From a virus, in IMG/VR virus record IMGVR_UViG_3300042389_001739, positions 1 through 64,000 of that record: a stretch of 64,000 bases of DNA, one strand, 5' to 3'. Position numbers and translations under genes: made by a program. Below, one piece after another: positions 17,298 through 27,801 of the stretch (positions are counted from its first letter, which is position 1; every line of letters starts with the position of its first letter). The notes below the pieces were generated by a model. It ran no database searches and was not told the origin of the DNA. It saw nothing but the letters and a program-made list of their open reading frames with translations.

Positions 17298-18358
17298 CGC
17301 ATAAATTCCTGCTGCAGAAATTCTGCAAACTTTTGTTGTCGCTGCCGCAGCACGATAACGGAAGCTGCTTGTAATTGTTGTAACCAGGTTTCAGATTTAG
17401 CCAATACCATATCTAGCGTGTCTCTGACATCCTGCTGCTGCAGTTCAGCCACAGGTAATGGCTGGTATAAAGTCTTACACGGTAAAAGCACGCCAGTCTT
17501 TGTTGCCATAATGTGTTCAGATGCCGGAGAAACGTTTGCTGTAATCACGGGGGTTGTGCCCGGGAGTAACGCGGCCAGCGTCGAACCATACGGATGACGA
17601 GTGCTGACCAGATAAGTCCAGTCGCAGTTTCGGGACAGCTGCGAGTATTTTGTGTAATCGGGTTTCAGGTGTAGCTGGGTGCGCGGGTGCTGTAACAAAG
17701 TCTTCAGCTGCTTGCGATACGTTTTAGATAGCGATCGTTCCATTAAAAACTGAAGATGCAATCCGGAATACTGCTGCAACAATTCATTAAATAACGGCAA
17801 AAAGTTGCGACCGAGATCCCGCTCAAGTTGTTGTGGCAGCACCACCAGCAGGCTGGTTTGATCCTGACGCAGTCGTCCGTAACGACCTTGCAACACTTCT
17901 ACCGGCGAAGTCAGCACACCCCAGGTTCGCTGCGTCGTGTTCAATCCGTACCGGTGATCGAGCCAATCCGCCATTTGACGCGAAAAGACGATGGTACGAT
18001 CCACCGCTTGCAGAAAATCTTCGTGTTGCGTCTGCCAGGAACCCCAGCGAGGGAAGAATAAATGGCGGGTACGCCGACGACGACTACTGGTGGTTACCAG
18101 CTGCGCCTCGGCAAAGGCAAAATGACTGGGCTCAAACCAGCACAAATGTGTACAACCATAGGCCCAGTTATAGACCTGCTCCGGTTTAAGCGCTCGCACC
18201 ACTTGCCGATCCCAATAAGGATGAATGTTGCGCGAAACCACACCATCCGACAAAAACCTGACTTTGACGCCCAGCCGCAGCAGCCAGTCCGCCAGCATCG
18301 TAGCGGCCAATGCGGCTTCGCCTCGAACATAGTTGACATAAATGCCTACTGTCAGCAC
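17294..18358 (-). CDS. GT-B (GT4-like) glycosyltransferase, divergent
   Basis: C-terminal CDWTYLVSTRHPYGSTLAALLPGTTPVIT...TGVLL resembles the GT4 ExFG...G.PVI region. Confidence 0.65.
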   Translation of the reverse strand: MLTVGIYVNYVRGEAALAATMLADWLLRLGVKVRFLSDGVVSRNIHPYWDRQVVRALKPEQVYNWAYGCTHLCWFEPSHFAFAEAQLVTTSSRRRRTRHLFFPRWGSWQTQHEDFLQAVDRTIVFSRQMADWLDHRYGLNTTQRTWGVLTSPVEVLQGRYGRLRQDQTSLLVVLPQQLERDLGRNFLPLFNELLQQYSGLHLQFLMERSLSKTYRKQLKTLLQHPRTQLHLKPDYTKYSQLSRNCDWTYLVSTRHPYGSTLAALLPGTTPVITANVSPASEHIMATKTGVLLPCKTLYQPLPVAELQQQDVRDTLDMVLAKSETWLQQLQAASVIVLRQRQQKFAEFLQQEFMR

Positions 18359-18376
18359 GCCCAGCCTCCGGAAAAT

Positions 18377-19081
18377 TCAGGCCGGATGCGGTACAAAATC
18401 ACAAAATCCAGATTTTGCGCGACAGCCCGGCATAGTATAGTACCGCTGTTTTAAGCGCCACGCGACATAATTAAAACTGAGTTGATCCCGATAACTGTGA
18501 TTTTCGATCTGCTGCCACCAGTATTGGTTAAAGGCTTGAATAAGTTCCGTCGATTTACGCACCAGACAAGCCGTCTCTACCAACCCGTGATACGTCGGGT
18601 AACCTTCTGCCTGGTAACGCTGCAGCTGCTGCCGCATCAGTTCCGCGTTATCTTTGCGAAGGCGGATACAAGCCTGCAGTTCCTGATACACACAAACCCG
18701 CTGCGGATGTTTAAACGTAGCCAAAGTGCACCTGGCCGGTAGCAGATCCAGCAGTGTCGCCCGCAAACTCACCGGTTTAAGCCGCTGCGAACCATCCAGC
18801 CAAACCGTAATGTCTGCCTGATCGGGTAATAAATGCGTATTGATTTTGTGCCAGCGGGCTGTGCGTCGACGGCACATCGGGTGCTGCCAGACGAGTGGCT
18901 TTAATTCCCAGTCCAGGTAACCCGTTGCCCGTCGCTGCGGAGTTGTCACCTGATCCGTATAGATCAGGTACCGGATATCTAATTCCGGGAGCATTTCCGA
19001 GGCCAGCAGCGAGCGTTCCAACTGATCATAGTGTCCGGTTACACAGCTATAGACTAAGACGCTGGGCATTGGCGATACCAC
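18377..19081 (-). CDS. GT-A glycosyltransferase-like protein (DUF616/TOD1-MUCI70 type)
   Basis: VYSCVTGHYD, WLDGS, FKHPQRVCVYQE, RDQLSFNY motifs. Confidence 0.8.
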   Translation of the reverse strand: MVSPMPSVLVYSCVTGHYDQLERSLLASEMLPELDIRYLIYTDQVTTPQRRATGYLDWELKPLVWQHPMCRRRTARWHKINTHLLPDQADITVWLDGSQRLKPVSLRATLLDLLPARCTLATFKHPQRVCVYQELQACIRLRKDNAELMRQQLQRYQAEGYPTYHGLVETACLVRKSTELIQAFNQYWWQQIENHSYRDQLSFNYVAWRLKQRYYTMPGCRAKSGFCDFVPHPA

Positions 19082-19863
19082 TTTCCTTTGTTATAGCGTG
19101 GCCCGCGCGACACCGAACGGTAGTGAAATATAAAACTGCCCGGGACCACCGCAGCCTTTTTACCTGCCGCCCGCCACCGTGCCTGCAATTCGTCTTCGTT
19201 CAGTGTCATCAGCGGCGTTGGATTACGCTTGCCCTTGGAAGTATGCGTATTGACCGGGCAGTAATAATGCGTGGCATCATACTTACCTTGCCGCCAGGCC
19301 GTCATGGTCGCCAGCTGAAAAAAGCCGTTAATCGGGCTTTCGATAAATCTACCGTTTTGGGTTTTTTGCAAGCGGGAAGCTACCTGATTGATCTGGCCGA
19401 TGTCGTCCGTCAGATAATAGTTTGGTAAGTACGTCGTAATATCCTGCTTGCCCTTGGCCGTTGATCCGGGGGCATTGGAGACCGGGCCCACTAAATCATA
19501 GCCGTGGTCCAACGCGGCCAGTAGTGCTTTATAATAACCGCTGGAAAACACAAGATCATTGTTCCCGGCAATGACATAAGCCAGGTCGAGGGCGTCCGCA
19601 ATGGCCAATCCCTGATTCCAACTGCGGGTCAACCCGCCGGTTGTCGGAAAATGATAAAGCTCCAGCCGCGCATCCATATGCATTTCCGCCAACTCAAAAA
19701 GCGACTGAACATAAGCGTCTGTCCAGCCCGTCGAGCCGTCATCCACGACGATGGCAACACCGTCAGGGGTGTAAGTAAAGAAGGTGTCTAACGCTTTACG
19801 GGTATAACCATCCAGCACAATAGCGTTATAGGTAGGACAAATGAAACCAATTTGTCCGCCCAT
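19054..19863 (-). CDS. GT2-family glycosyltransferase
   Basis: FICPTYN, IVVDDGS, GLTRSWNQG, NND, ED and IFHY motifs. Confidence 0.85.
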   Translation of the reverse strand: MGGQIGFICPTYNAIVLDGYTRKALDTFFTYTPDGVAIVVDDGSTGWTDAYVQSLFELAEMHMDARLELYHFPTTGGLTRSWNQGLAIADALDLAYVIAGNNDLVFSSGYYKALLAALDHGYDLVGPVSNAPGSTAKGKQDITTYLPNYYLTDDIGQINQVASRLQKTQNGRFIESPINGFFQLATMTAWRQGKYDATHYYCPVNTHTSKGKRNPTPLMTLNEDELQARWRAAGKKAAVVPGSFIFHYRSVSRGPRYNKGKWYRQCPAS

Positions 19864-19865
19864 GA

Positions 19866-21764
19866 TTACACTCCAAACTGCTGCTGCATCATCATCGCAC
19901 CTCCCTGGGTGCGCGCTGACTGACGAATCTCATCCATCTTTGCCCGCGTGATCGAGTGCAGCGTCGGGTTCCACTGGCGCAGTTGACGCAGCTGGGAATC
20001 CTTTACGGACTCAGGTAGGCCCAGCAGTTCGCTGGCCAGCTGCGAAGCGGCGGCTTGCAGATCGTTCGGTGTGACGGCGGCGTTAGGTCCCATGTTTTGA
20101 ATGTAATCGGATACCGGTGCCATCGTCGCACCACCCATACCGGGTTGCGGCGGCTGTCCGCCTGCCGGTGCCCCTCCCTGGTTAGGATCTGCCGGTGCAC
20201 CACCTCCGCCTGCAGGTGCCATTGGATTGACCCCCTTGGCGACCTGTGCGGCAAACCCGGACTGTTCCATCAACTCCTGGTTGCGTGCCTGCATTTCCTG
20301 CTGTTTACGCGCTTCGTCGGCAATCCGTTTCTGTTCGGTTTCCCAGTCGTAACCGATTGCGGCCAGGCCTGACGTACCGGAAAGCTGTTGCCCCATCATC
20401 AGCTGCAGCGCAGACATCTGTTTCTGGACATCGTCGGCAATTGTTACACGCTTGAGGCTGGCCTTTACCGGTTCCCAGCTCTTGATCCGGCTGATGCTGC
20501 TTACCATCCACTGCACAAACAAGTTAGCGTCGCTCACCAATGGGCGGTGAGTGCTTTCAAACAAGCGCAAACCGACCGGTGCGGCCTGCACTGCCATGCT
20601 GCCGTTATAAAAATCCACCGGCGTGCCTGCTTCATTGAGCAAGGTTTCGTAACCCTGCTGAATCAGCTCGGTCGGTGCCAGTTGTTTGGCGTCACCGCCC
20701 AGCACCTGATAGTTCACAGGAAAGGGTAGCATTTGCCAGCTGGCCGGATCACGTCGTCGGCGATTGATCATATTACGCACCTGGGCGCGAAAGTCCCCGG
20801 CGGCATAAATCGACATCGGGTCCTGGGTGGAGATACCCCCGGCAGCTGTTCCGTTACGACTCTCGGGTGTGATCAGTCGAAACGGAATCACGTAGTCCAT
20901 GGCGATGGCTTCATTGAACCGCCGCAACACCTGGACATACCAAATCTGGCGGTAGTTCACCAGGCTCCGGGGAATTCCCCAGCCCATATTGCGAATCCCA
21001 GCCAGGGTCGGCTCTTTCATATGAAAAATTGCGTCTTTGTTAAACCGAAACAGCTTGTTGTAGCGCACCGCTTCCAGCACCTGCTTACTGGCGCGTTCAA
21101 GATGGTAAAGATTACCTTCGCGCACCATGCGCTTGTAATACTCAGGAATACGCCAGAGATAAGCCACTTCGTCCGTGTACGGATCGTGCAGCAATTCCAT
21201 CTCGTGCGGATTCCATCGCTTTAAAATCAATTGATCTGATTCTTCTCGTGGTTTGTCTACGACCTGCCAGGCACCACGCCAGCCGGTTTGAGGACAACTG
21301 GCCACAAATTCAAAATCACCATTGAACTCAAAATTAAAGTTGTCGTAAACCACTTTAAGTGGATACATCGCGCCAGTCTTAGGGCACTGCAAATACCGCC
21401 GAAACGGCACCATCACACTGGCGAACCCGTTACCATAGCATAACCTGTCCCGCAGCAACTGCCCGAGAAACGTGGTGGCATGCAGCGTGTCGTCCAGAAA
21501 ATCTTTGTATTTTTTCTTCTCGTCATCGTTGGCATCACCGCCCAGCTCAATATCAGTCACGAAGTAACTGACCAGGCGTTCCATCGCCATCCGGTATGTA
21601 CCCTGTACCATCCAGATATATTCCGACCACCAAAGCGCTGAGCGCATCGTGGTCGGCATCTGCGTTGTGGCAATGTCGTTAAACGGATCAGCAAATCCTA
21701 CATCACCGGAAGCCGTGGCGGCTCCGCGGTTAAAAAACGGACTACTGGTACCGTACAGGGACAT
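19866..21764 (-). CDS. Phage portal protein
   Basis: 632 aa; WNPHEMELLHDP, IFHMKEPTLAG...WGIPRSL, Gly/Pro/Gln-rich tail typical of large-phage portals. Confidence 0.75.
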   Translation of the reverse strand: MSLYGTSSPFFNRGAATASGDVGFADPFNDIATTQMPTTMRSALWWSEYIWMVQGTYRMAMERLVSYFVTDIELGGDANDDEKKKYKDFLDDTLHATTFLGQLLRDRLCYGNGFASVMVPFRRYLQCPKTGAMYPLKVVYDNFNFEFNGDFEFVASCPQTGWRGAWQVVDKPREESDQLILKRWNPHEMELLHDPYTDEVAYLWRIPEYYKRMVREGNLYHLERASKQVLEAVRYNKLFRFNKDAIFHMKEPTLAGIRNMGWGIPRSLVNYRQIWYVQVLRRFNEAIAMDYVIPFRLITPESRNGTAAGGISTQDPMSIYAAGDFRAQVRNMINRRRRDPASWQMLPFPVNYQVLGGDAKQLAPTELIQQGYETLLNEAGTPVDFYNGSMAVQAAPVGLRLFESTHRPLVSDANLFVQWMVSSISRIKSWEPVKASLKRVTIADDVQKQMSALQLMMGQQLSGTSGLAAIGYDWETEQKRIADEARKQQEMQARNQELMEQSGFAAQVAKGVNPMAPAGGGGAPADPNQGGAPAGGQPPQPGMGGATMAPVSDYIQNMGPNAAVTPNDLQAAASQLASELLGLPESVKDSQLRQLRQWNPTLHSITRAKMDEIRQSARTQGGAMMMQQQFGV

Positions 21765-21784
21765 TGCAAATTCTCCGTGCTGGC

Positions 21785-21970
21785 TTATTTGATTTTACTG
21801 GCCTGCTTTACCCAGTCAGTGGCCTGTTTCAGCAGGTCGTTATCCATATCGTCAGCCTGACGTTCTGTTTCAGGATAAACAGCGTCTGCCTGTGCGGCTT
21901 TTTCTGCCTGGCATTTGCCGGTGCAGCGGTGCTTCGGCGTGCAGCTGCTAATAGCGCCATTTTTTTCCAT
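21785..21970 (-). CDS. Small hypothetical protein
   Basis: Stop/start overlap with upstream gene. Confidence 0.6.
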   Translation of the reverse strand: MEKNGAISSCTPKHRCTGKCQAEKAAQADAVYPETERQADDMDNDLLKQATDWVKQASKIK

Positions 21971-22875
21971 TATACCGGTTCTCCATTGTGCTTGAGTAAG
22001 ATCACAATATCCAATCGTCCCAGTGGTAGATGCAGATTGAGTGACGAGCAGGTAAAGCGAGTTTTCAGCTGAGGTACCGTGACACTGAGTTGTTCTTCGC
22101 CCAAGTATGGCGGCAAGTACTGAAACCCGTCTTCAAATCGTGTGTCATACACCAGCGCCAGACAGTCTTGCCCGACGACTACCGCATGATACCTTGCTGC
22201 TATTGTACCCAGCTGCCCGAGGGTAAAGTAGACTTCGTACTGTGGCTTTTGGGGCGATCCGATCAAAAAGGAAATACCCAGATCCAGGCTGGGTGGTGGT
22301 TCGGATGGCGCGCGAACGGCAACACGCTGATCCAGCCGATCGTGTAATTCCATGAGCAGCTGGGTCTGGTTTGTGAGCTGCTGCAGCAAAGCCTCGGACT
22401 GCACATTCGAGGTTTTCACGGGAGAACTCGGATTTACTTCGGCTTCTTGGGGTACCGGCGCAACCGCAGGCGGACGAGCAAAATACTGCTGATGCACTTC
22501 AGCGGCCTTTACCGCTTCCTGTTGCATCAAATCTGCGAGCTGTGTCGCAACTTTCTGCTGCCGCATCGGGCTAACCGGAGCCGCCAGCCGCGCGGTTGCC
22601 TGCTGCTGGATCTGGCGAAAAAATTCAGTGACATCGCCACCGTACTGCTTGGGCGACTGATTTTTAAACTCCGGTGAATCTCGAAGCTGTTCCAGGTCAA
22701 GTTCAAATCCGCCGCCTTCCACCCCCGGATCCACGATCACTTTTTGCGGGCGATTGGCATCAAACCCCAAAGACACACCTTCACTGTCCGAACGTGGTAG
22801 CATTGTGCCGGGACGAGGGCCGCCTTCCGGAAAATACTTGGTCGGGTCAGGCGTATCGGCTCGCACTTTATCCAT
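21970..22875 (-). CDS. Hypothetical protein
   Basis: 301-aa ORF. Confidence 0.75.
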   Translation of the reverse strand: MDKVRADTPDPTKYFPEGGPRPGTMLPRSDSEGVSLGFDANRPQKVIVDPGVEGGGFELDLEQLRDSPEFKNQSPKQYGGDVTEFFRQIQQQATARLAAPVSPMRQQKVATQLADLMQQEAVKAAEVHQQYFARPPAVAPVPQEAEVNPSSPVKTSNVQSEALLQQLTNQTQLLMELHDRLDQRVAVRAPSEPPPSLDLGISFLIGSPQKPQYEVYFTLGQLGTIAARYHAVVVGQDCLALVYDTRFEDGFQYLPPYLGEEQLSVTVPQLKTRFTCSSLNLHLPLGRLDIVILLKHNGEPV

Positions 22876-23449
22876 GAGAATCTCCGTTGGTGGATTCCGC
22901 GTCTACGTAATAGTCACTGCCCAGCTCTTCCGGATCACCCAACCAGTGGTGTGGCTGCAACAAGAGCGGTTCCGGCAAAAGACTCTGTTCAATCACCTGA
23001 AAGGGTTCGTCGACTCCCGCCAGTGTCGCGGTACTGTTCGGCAGCAGTACGTAACGAAACGATTTACCGTTGGGTTTCTGAATAGGCACGGAAAACGGAA
23101 TGATCGCACCGTAGGTGATGACGGCAGCGGTTTCCTGATTTTCTAATGCCGCCAGCGCCTGCAAGAGCTCCGGTAAAGTCTCAAAGTCGTGCACCAGAGG
23201 GTACTGCCCTGCGGGCATTTCGCACAGAATCCACCGATGCGGTAACCCGCGACTCCACTGTTTAGGATCCTGATCTCGCTGGGCTTCCGCCAGTTTTGCA
23301 CTGATGTCCGCAGGTAGTTGCTGCTTCAGCTCACTGAATTCTGCCGAATAGTCTGTAAAGATCTCGGGCGGCCCGGCCATGAATTCTTCCAGGCCCGGCA
23401 CAGTCTGGCAAAACTGCTGATAGCGCTCGCCTTTTTCAGCTACTGCCAT
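22868..23449 (-). CDS. Hypothetical protein
   Basis: 193-aa acidic ORF, GGAGG RBS. Confidence 0.75.
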   Translation of the reverse strand: MAVAEKGERYQQFCQTVPGLEEFMAGPPEIFTDYSAEFSELKQQLPADISAKLAEAQRDQDPKQWSRGLPHRWILCEMPAGQYPLVHDFETLPELLQALAALENQETAAVITYGAIIPFSVPIQKPNGKSFRYVLLPNSTATLAGVDEPFQVIEQSLLPEPLLLQPHHWLGDPEELGSDYYVDAESTNGDSHG

Positions 23450-23672
23450 GATTACCCTCCTCCACTGCCGGAACGTAGGTTAACGCCAGCGAAACCTCGT
23501 CCGACGTTTTAACAACACTGCCCACTACCGCAATAATTGCCTGCGTTGCCTGTACCCACTCGTTGATCGTCTGTTCCAGTTGCACCGAGTCCGGTGCGGT
23601 AAAGATGCGCAGCTTTACGGTCTGATCCGGTAAAAGAAACTGGCGAAGTGAAGGCAGGGGAAACTCGGACAC
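23436..23672 (-). CDS. Hypothetical protein
   Basis: KLRIF...LEQTINEW small alpha/beta domain. Confidence 0.6.
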   Translation of the reverse strand: MSEFPLPSLRQFLLPDQTVKLRIFTAPDSVQLEQTINEWVQATQAIIAVVGSVVKTSDEVSLALTYVPAVEEGNHGSS

Positions 23673-23678
23673 GGCAAT

Positions 23679-24368
23679 TCACTTTCGATATTGTTCAATG
23701 CGTTTTTGATGTTCCAGATCCTGTGCCCGCGTCATGATTTCCTTATACTGTGCAAACGCATTATCCTGCGTCAACCGGGGCAGCGAAAACAGAGAATTCG
23801 CGGCCTCCACGTGTAGCTTGCTGGGGCGAAAACTTACAATCGATGGCGTCGACTGCACCTGCTCCTGGCGGGTATCAAAGGCGTATTGCCGCTCGTTTGT
23901 CAGCACCGCAAATACATTTACTTCCACTAACGGCATTCCGGGTGTCAGCACTTTACGTGCGTCATGCACCAGGGGATCGTAAATGTTTAACTTCTGTAAG
24001 GCATACTGATACAGCCGTTTGTTCGGCAGATCAAACTGCACGGTCTCTAAAATCGCGTCCACCAGCTGATTCCACTGATCCTGCCGCGCCGCCCAGAGTG
24101 AATGATTCCAGGCCGGATCGTTCGGCAGTTGCAAGCCCTGAAACACGGGCTGCTCAAACTGATACCAGAAAATCTGCAGGTTGCAGCGCTGCACCAGATC
24201 CGCCAGATTGATTTCCGAAAACCGACCCCAGAGATAGATCGGTGCGGGGGTGTACCAGACATAACCAGCCACATCGGCCAGCTGGTGTGCGCGCTCAAAC
24301 TTGATCCGGTACTTGGGCACCGTAAATGGTTTGAACAGGTAATACTGATCTTCTGCAACTTGCGACAC
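23679..24368 (-). CDS. Hypothetical protein
   Basis: 229-aa ORF. Confidence 0.7.
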   Translation of the reverse strand: MSQVAEDQYYLFKPFTVPKYRIKFERAHQLADVAGYVWYTPAPIYLWGRFSEINLADLVQRCNLQIFWYQFEQPVFQGLQLPNDPAWNHSLWAARQDQWNQLVDAILETVQFDLPNKRLYQYALQKLNIYDPLVHDARKVLTPGMPLVEVNVFAVLTNERQYAFDTRQEQVQSTPSIVSFRPSKLHVEAANSLFSLPRLTQDNAFAQYKEIMTRAQDLEHQKRIEQYRK

Positions 24369-24378
24369 GTTCAGGACC

Positions 24379-24981
24379 TCAAGCGAAAAATCGCCAGGAA
24401 GCGGTGACCAGCACCGTACCGTCCAACTCAGCGCTGAGTCCAGGTTTCAACCATTGCTGGGACAACTGCTTGTACTGTTCGGCCGCCGGTCCGGTTGTCG
24501 TTTCGCTGCACGCTTGCAATAACGCGCGTAACAGTTCCGAGTTCGGCAGTATTTCGATTTGAGGTGAGTCACGCCAGAAATCAAACGGCAGCGGTTGCGC
24601 CAGTGCGGCACAGGCGCAGGCCCAGTACGGCAAAAAGTCGCGCAGGCCCGGTAACCCGTACAGCTCAATCGAGTTGGCTGGGCGCTTATCCGGTAACTTA
24701 CTGAGCAGATAATTGCGCGCTGCGACTGCCGGTAACAGCTGCTTGCTGCCAGGTAATCGCTTGGATAACCGAAAAGTTGCCGCTTCCTGCAGTTCAGGAA
24801 TCACCAGGCGCAGTGCCAGGATATTCGCGTTAATTACATCCAGATTCTTGACCGGCTTCTTGTCCGTCATTTCCCGGTACTCGAAAAGCTCCGGCAACAT
24901 TTCGGCTTTGGCGGCTTTACCCAGTTCACCTGCAGCGGCTTCGGCCAGGTCCCGGTAAGCCCAGCTGATATGGACTTTCAT
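24379..24981 (-). CDS. Hypothetical protein
   Basis: 200-aa ORF. Confidence 0.7.
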   Translation of the reverse strand: MKVHISWAYRDLAEAAAGELGKAAKAEMLPELFEYREMTDKKPVKNLDVINANILALRLVIPELQEAATFRLSKRLPGSKQLLPAVAARNYLLSKLPDKRPANSIELYGLPGLRDFLPYWACACAALAQPLPFDFWRDSPQIEILPNSELLRALLQACSETTTGPAAEQYKQLSQQWLKPGLSAELDGTVLVTASWRFFA

Positions 24982-24984
24982 GAA

Positions 24985-25986
24985 TCAGCTCCCGGTAATG
25001 ATCAACTTGTCTTTAAACGGGTTCAATGCGTCAGCAGGCACTTGCTTGACGCATTGACCACCCACGCGCACCTCAAACAGCGACGGATCGTCCGTTTTAC
25101 AAAACTCGACCAGCCGCAAAATGTTGAACTCATTCAAGGTTTGGTATTTCTCCTGCTCGAGTTCGTTTGCACTGGGCGGTGTGGTCAGCTGCAGCCCACT
25201 GATAAGCAGTGTGTTCTTCGTTTCAGCCCACTGCTGCAACAACATCTGCGCCCGGTCGGCCATGCTGGTTGGCATGAAACCACTGGTAGCATGGCAGATA
25301 TCCGAGACCAGCATCACATCCGGCGGCGCATACAACAGTGGTTGAATGGTTGTATCGTAAAGCTGGGCAAAGCTGTTTCGACTGCGTGCACAATTTTTCC
25401 AGGTTTGCCCTGGGAGATGCACCAGGTTAGTTGCCTGGATTTGCGGTGCCCGGTCTGCCAGGTGCAGCAGCTGTAAAGGCTTGTCTTGCAAAAATTCCAT
25501 GATATGGTTCAGCAACCAACGCACTACGGCTGCCTCCCCGACAAACATGACGCGATCCTGCCGATTAAGCGCAGTTGCGCCACCATCCAGCTGCAAGTCG
25601 AACCCCAGCTCAATTTGCGCGGCTGCCTGCTGTTGGGCTGTGTGGGTTTTCACCACCTCAAGCAGCCAGGGAAATACTGTTTCGGTTAACCCTTTAAACA
25701 GCACCAGATGTTCAAACGGCTTTTGACCTTCAGCGGCGATTGATCGTACCAACACCTCGGTGACGACCTTGCGCTGCTCGTCTGTCAACTCCGGGGCGGT
25801 CGGGTCGATTGTGTTTAACTCCCCAAGTTTCAGTCCCAGATCATACATCGCCACGTGATACAGCTGCCGTGCCGCCAGCATGGCCGCCATGATGCTGCGA
25901 AACTTTTCGTGGTTGGTCACCAGCGACTCAGCCAACTGTGCCAGTCGGAACAACTCGGCTTGCTGCTCATCCTGCTCGTCTGCCAT
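24985..25986 (-). CDS. Hypothetical protein (possibly a degenerate RecA-like fold in the C-terminal half)
   Basis: 333-aa ORF; PDVMLVSDI resembles Walker B, no intact Walker A. Confidence 0.6.
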   Translation of the reverse strand: MADEQDEQQAELFRLAQLAESLVTNHEKFRSIMAAMLAARQLYHVAMYDLGLKLGELNTIDPTAPELTDEQRKVVTEVLVRSIAAEGQKPFEHLVLFKGLTETVFPWLLEVVKTHTAQQQAAAQIELGFDLQLDGGATALNRQDRVMFVGEAAVVRWLLNHIMEFLQDKPLQLLHLADRAPQIQATNLVHLPGQTWKNCARSRNSFAQLYDTTIQPLLYAPPDVMLVSDICHATSGFMPTSMADRAQMLLQQWAETKNTLLISGLQLTTPPSANELEQEKYQTLNEFNILRLVEFCKTDDPSLFEVRVGGQCVKQVPADALNPFKDKLIITGS

Positions 25987-25999
25987 GATTGCTGCTTTC

Positions 26000-26015
26000 T
26001 AAATTCCGGAATTTA
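26000..26015. repeat. Perfect copy of dispersed palindrome TAAATTCCGGAATTTA
   Basis: Variants at 1702, 8314, 15076, 30953, 39102, 49667 and 55803. Confidence 0.7.
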
Positions 26016-26366
26016 AACTTCAACCTTCTCAGCCGCAGCTAACAGGTTTCCAAACCGGGCAACAAAAATCTCGACATCATCCAGCTCAAGGGTTACCAGC
26101 CAGTTTCGCCGGTTTTTGCGGTGAAACACGACCGGGATTTCACCTTCCTTGGCGTCGCGCTTGGCCTGTAGCACTGCGGTATCAATATTGAGCTTTTCCA
26201 CGCGCTTGCACTCTACGTGCACGCCCGGTAAGCCCACAACATCGTCACCTTCGATGCCGTTATACTGCTGCCCTCTGCGGGCATTGACGTTAAAAAGCCT
26301 GCGAAACTCGGCAGCCAGCTCGCGTTCGCCGACCTTACCTTTTCGATTACCGTTAATCCGTGCCAT
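26013..26366 (-). CDS. Holliday junction resolvase (PD-(D/E)XK, Hjc-like)
   Basis: NGNRKGKVGERELA, DVV, HVECKRVE motifs. Confidence 0.85.
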   Translation of the reverse strand: MARINGNRKGKVGERELAAEFRRLFNVNARRGQQYNGIEGDDVVGLPGVHVECKRVEKLNIDTAVLQAKRDAKEGEIPVVFHRKNRRNWLVTLELDDVEIFVARFGNLLAAAEKVEV

Positions 26367-26375
26367 GTTGATTCC

Positions 26376-27275
26376 TTAAATCAAACGTTGTTTCCGCCTC
26401 GGGTGGTGTGATTGTACGGAAGTTTCCAAGTTTACACCAGGCAATAGCTCAGGATCGAGTGCTTTTACCGGTTCCGTTGCGCTCGCTTGCGTTGTGCCTG
26501 CAATTTTTAACGGGTCAGTACACTGCAAAAGCTTATGATATTCAGCCATTACCCAGTGCAAACACAGCGAGTCATAACCGGCATTATGCATACTGTTGAC
26601 ATCCACATTATGCTGCTTGATCAGGTCATAGTGCTCCAGTATGTACTTCAAACCCCACTTGACGCCGCTGATCCTTAACTGGCAAACACGCTGAAAATAG
26701 GCTTTAAGCGTCTCGTTACGCTGCGGCAAGATTGACGAGCGGTAGGAGGCCAGCCGGGACTCGCGTGAATTCCAGATTTGATCTGCTTTGAAAATGGCGC
26801 CGGTGTCGAAATAATTGTCTTTCGGTAAATCGAAAGTTTTACGAAGGAACCTTGCAAAATTACCGCGAATTAAACGCTCGTCAGCCGCTTGACCGTTTTG
26901 TGCCACAAAGGGCAAATTACGTTGACGCCAGGTATCAAACAATGTGCTGTAGAACTTCAGTACGTGAACAGGGTCTTGACCTTCGGACTGCAACACGTGC
27001 GGTAATAACCGCCAGCTTGGTCCTACGATCGCGCGCATATTGTTTAACTTATAGTCTAACCAGTGGGACTGAACCTGCGGATGCTTGTACCAGTTAAGCA
27101 CCAGATTTAAACGATCCACCACAACTCCGTCTTCCACCAGTGTGTGGCCGATCTCAACAATCAAATCGTTACCAGCGTCGCTACCGGTAAATTCTGTATC
27201 GAAACAAAGGTAAGAAGGCGGAAATTGATGACCATACTGGGCTGTAAAGCTACGCTGCCATGCGCTGATGATCAT
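26376..27275 (-). CDS. DEDDh 3'-5' exonuclease (DnaQ-like)
   Basis: YLCFDTEFTG (ExoI), AQNGQAADE (ExoII), HNAGYD (ExoIII). Confidence 0.85.
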   Translation of the reverse strand: MIISAWQRSFTAQYGHQFPPSYLCFDTEFTGSDAGNDLIVEIGHTLVEDGVVVDRLNLVLNWYKHPQVQSHWLDYKLNNMRAIVGPSWRLLPHVLQSEGQDPVHVLKFYSTLFDTWRQRNLPFVAQNGQAADERLIRGNFARFLRKTFDLPKDNYFDTGAIFKADQIWNSRESRLASYRSSILPQRNETLKAYFQRVCQLRISGVKWGLKYILEHYDLIKQHNVDVNSMHNAGYDSLCLHWVMAEYHKLLQCTDPLKIAGTTQASATEPVKALDPELLPGVNLETSVQSHHPRRKQRLI

Positions 27276-27291
27276 ACAATTTCCCTGAATT

Positions 27292-27801
27292 TTAGCCTCG
27301 TAAAGTGCGCAACGCAGTGCGGAACTTTGACTTCAACCGCTCAAACCGGCGTCGGCGTCGTGACATACCAGCGTACCGCCGAAATTGCTCGGCGTAAACC
27401 AGCAACTGCTCAACAGTCAACAAAGGACCTTCACCGTTGACGGTGGCTTCGCGCACCCCGGCATACTGGATTCCGGCATAACACGCGCCAATGTGGGCCA
27501 GAACAGCCACCTGAGCTGCTGGTTTGCAATCCAGAAATCCCGATTTACGTAAGCTATCGAACAGGGTGATTTGTAGTTCGGTTGCAGCGGAAGCCAGGTA
27601 ACGACAATATGCCCCACAAGCCTCACCCAGCTCGTCCATCGTAATACGTTCTCGTTCCAGGATGCTATCCAATTCTGGCCAGGTATGATCTTCTAATCGA
27701 CCCGCCACGATTTCCATCACTTGTTGAAAGTTATGTGCGACATCCCGCGAAGGATTATACAGCCGATTATCACCGGCGCTCATGCGTGCCTGCATCGTCA
27801 T
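27292..27801 (-). CDS. Hypothetical protein
   Basis: Start at 27801 by ATGA coupling. Confidence 0.7.
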   Translation of the reverse strand: MTMQARMSAGDNRLYNPSRDVAHNFQQVMEIVAGRLEDHTWPELDSILERERITMDELGEACGAYCRYLASAATELQITLFDSLRKSGFLDCKPAAQVAVLAHIGACYAGIQYAGVREATVNGEGPLLTVEQLLVYAEQFRRYAGMSRRRRRFERLKSKFRTALRTLRG

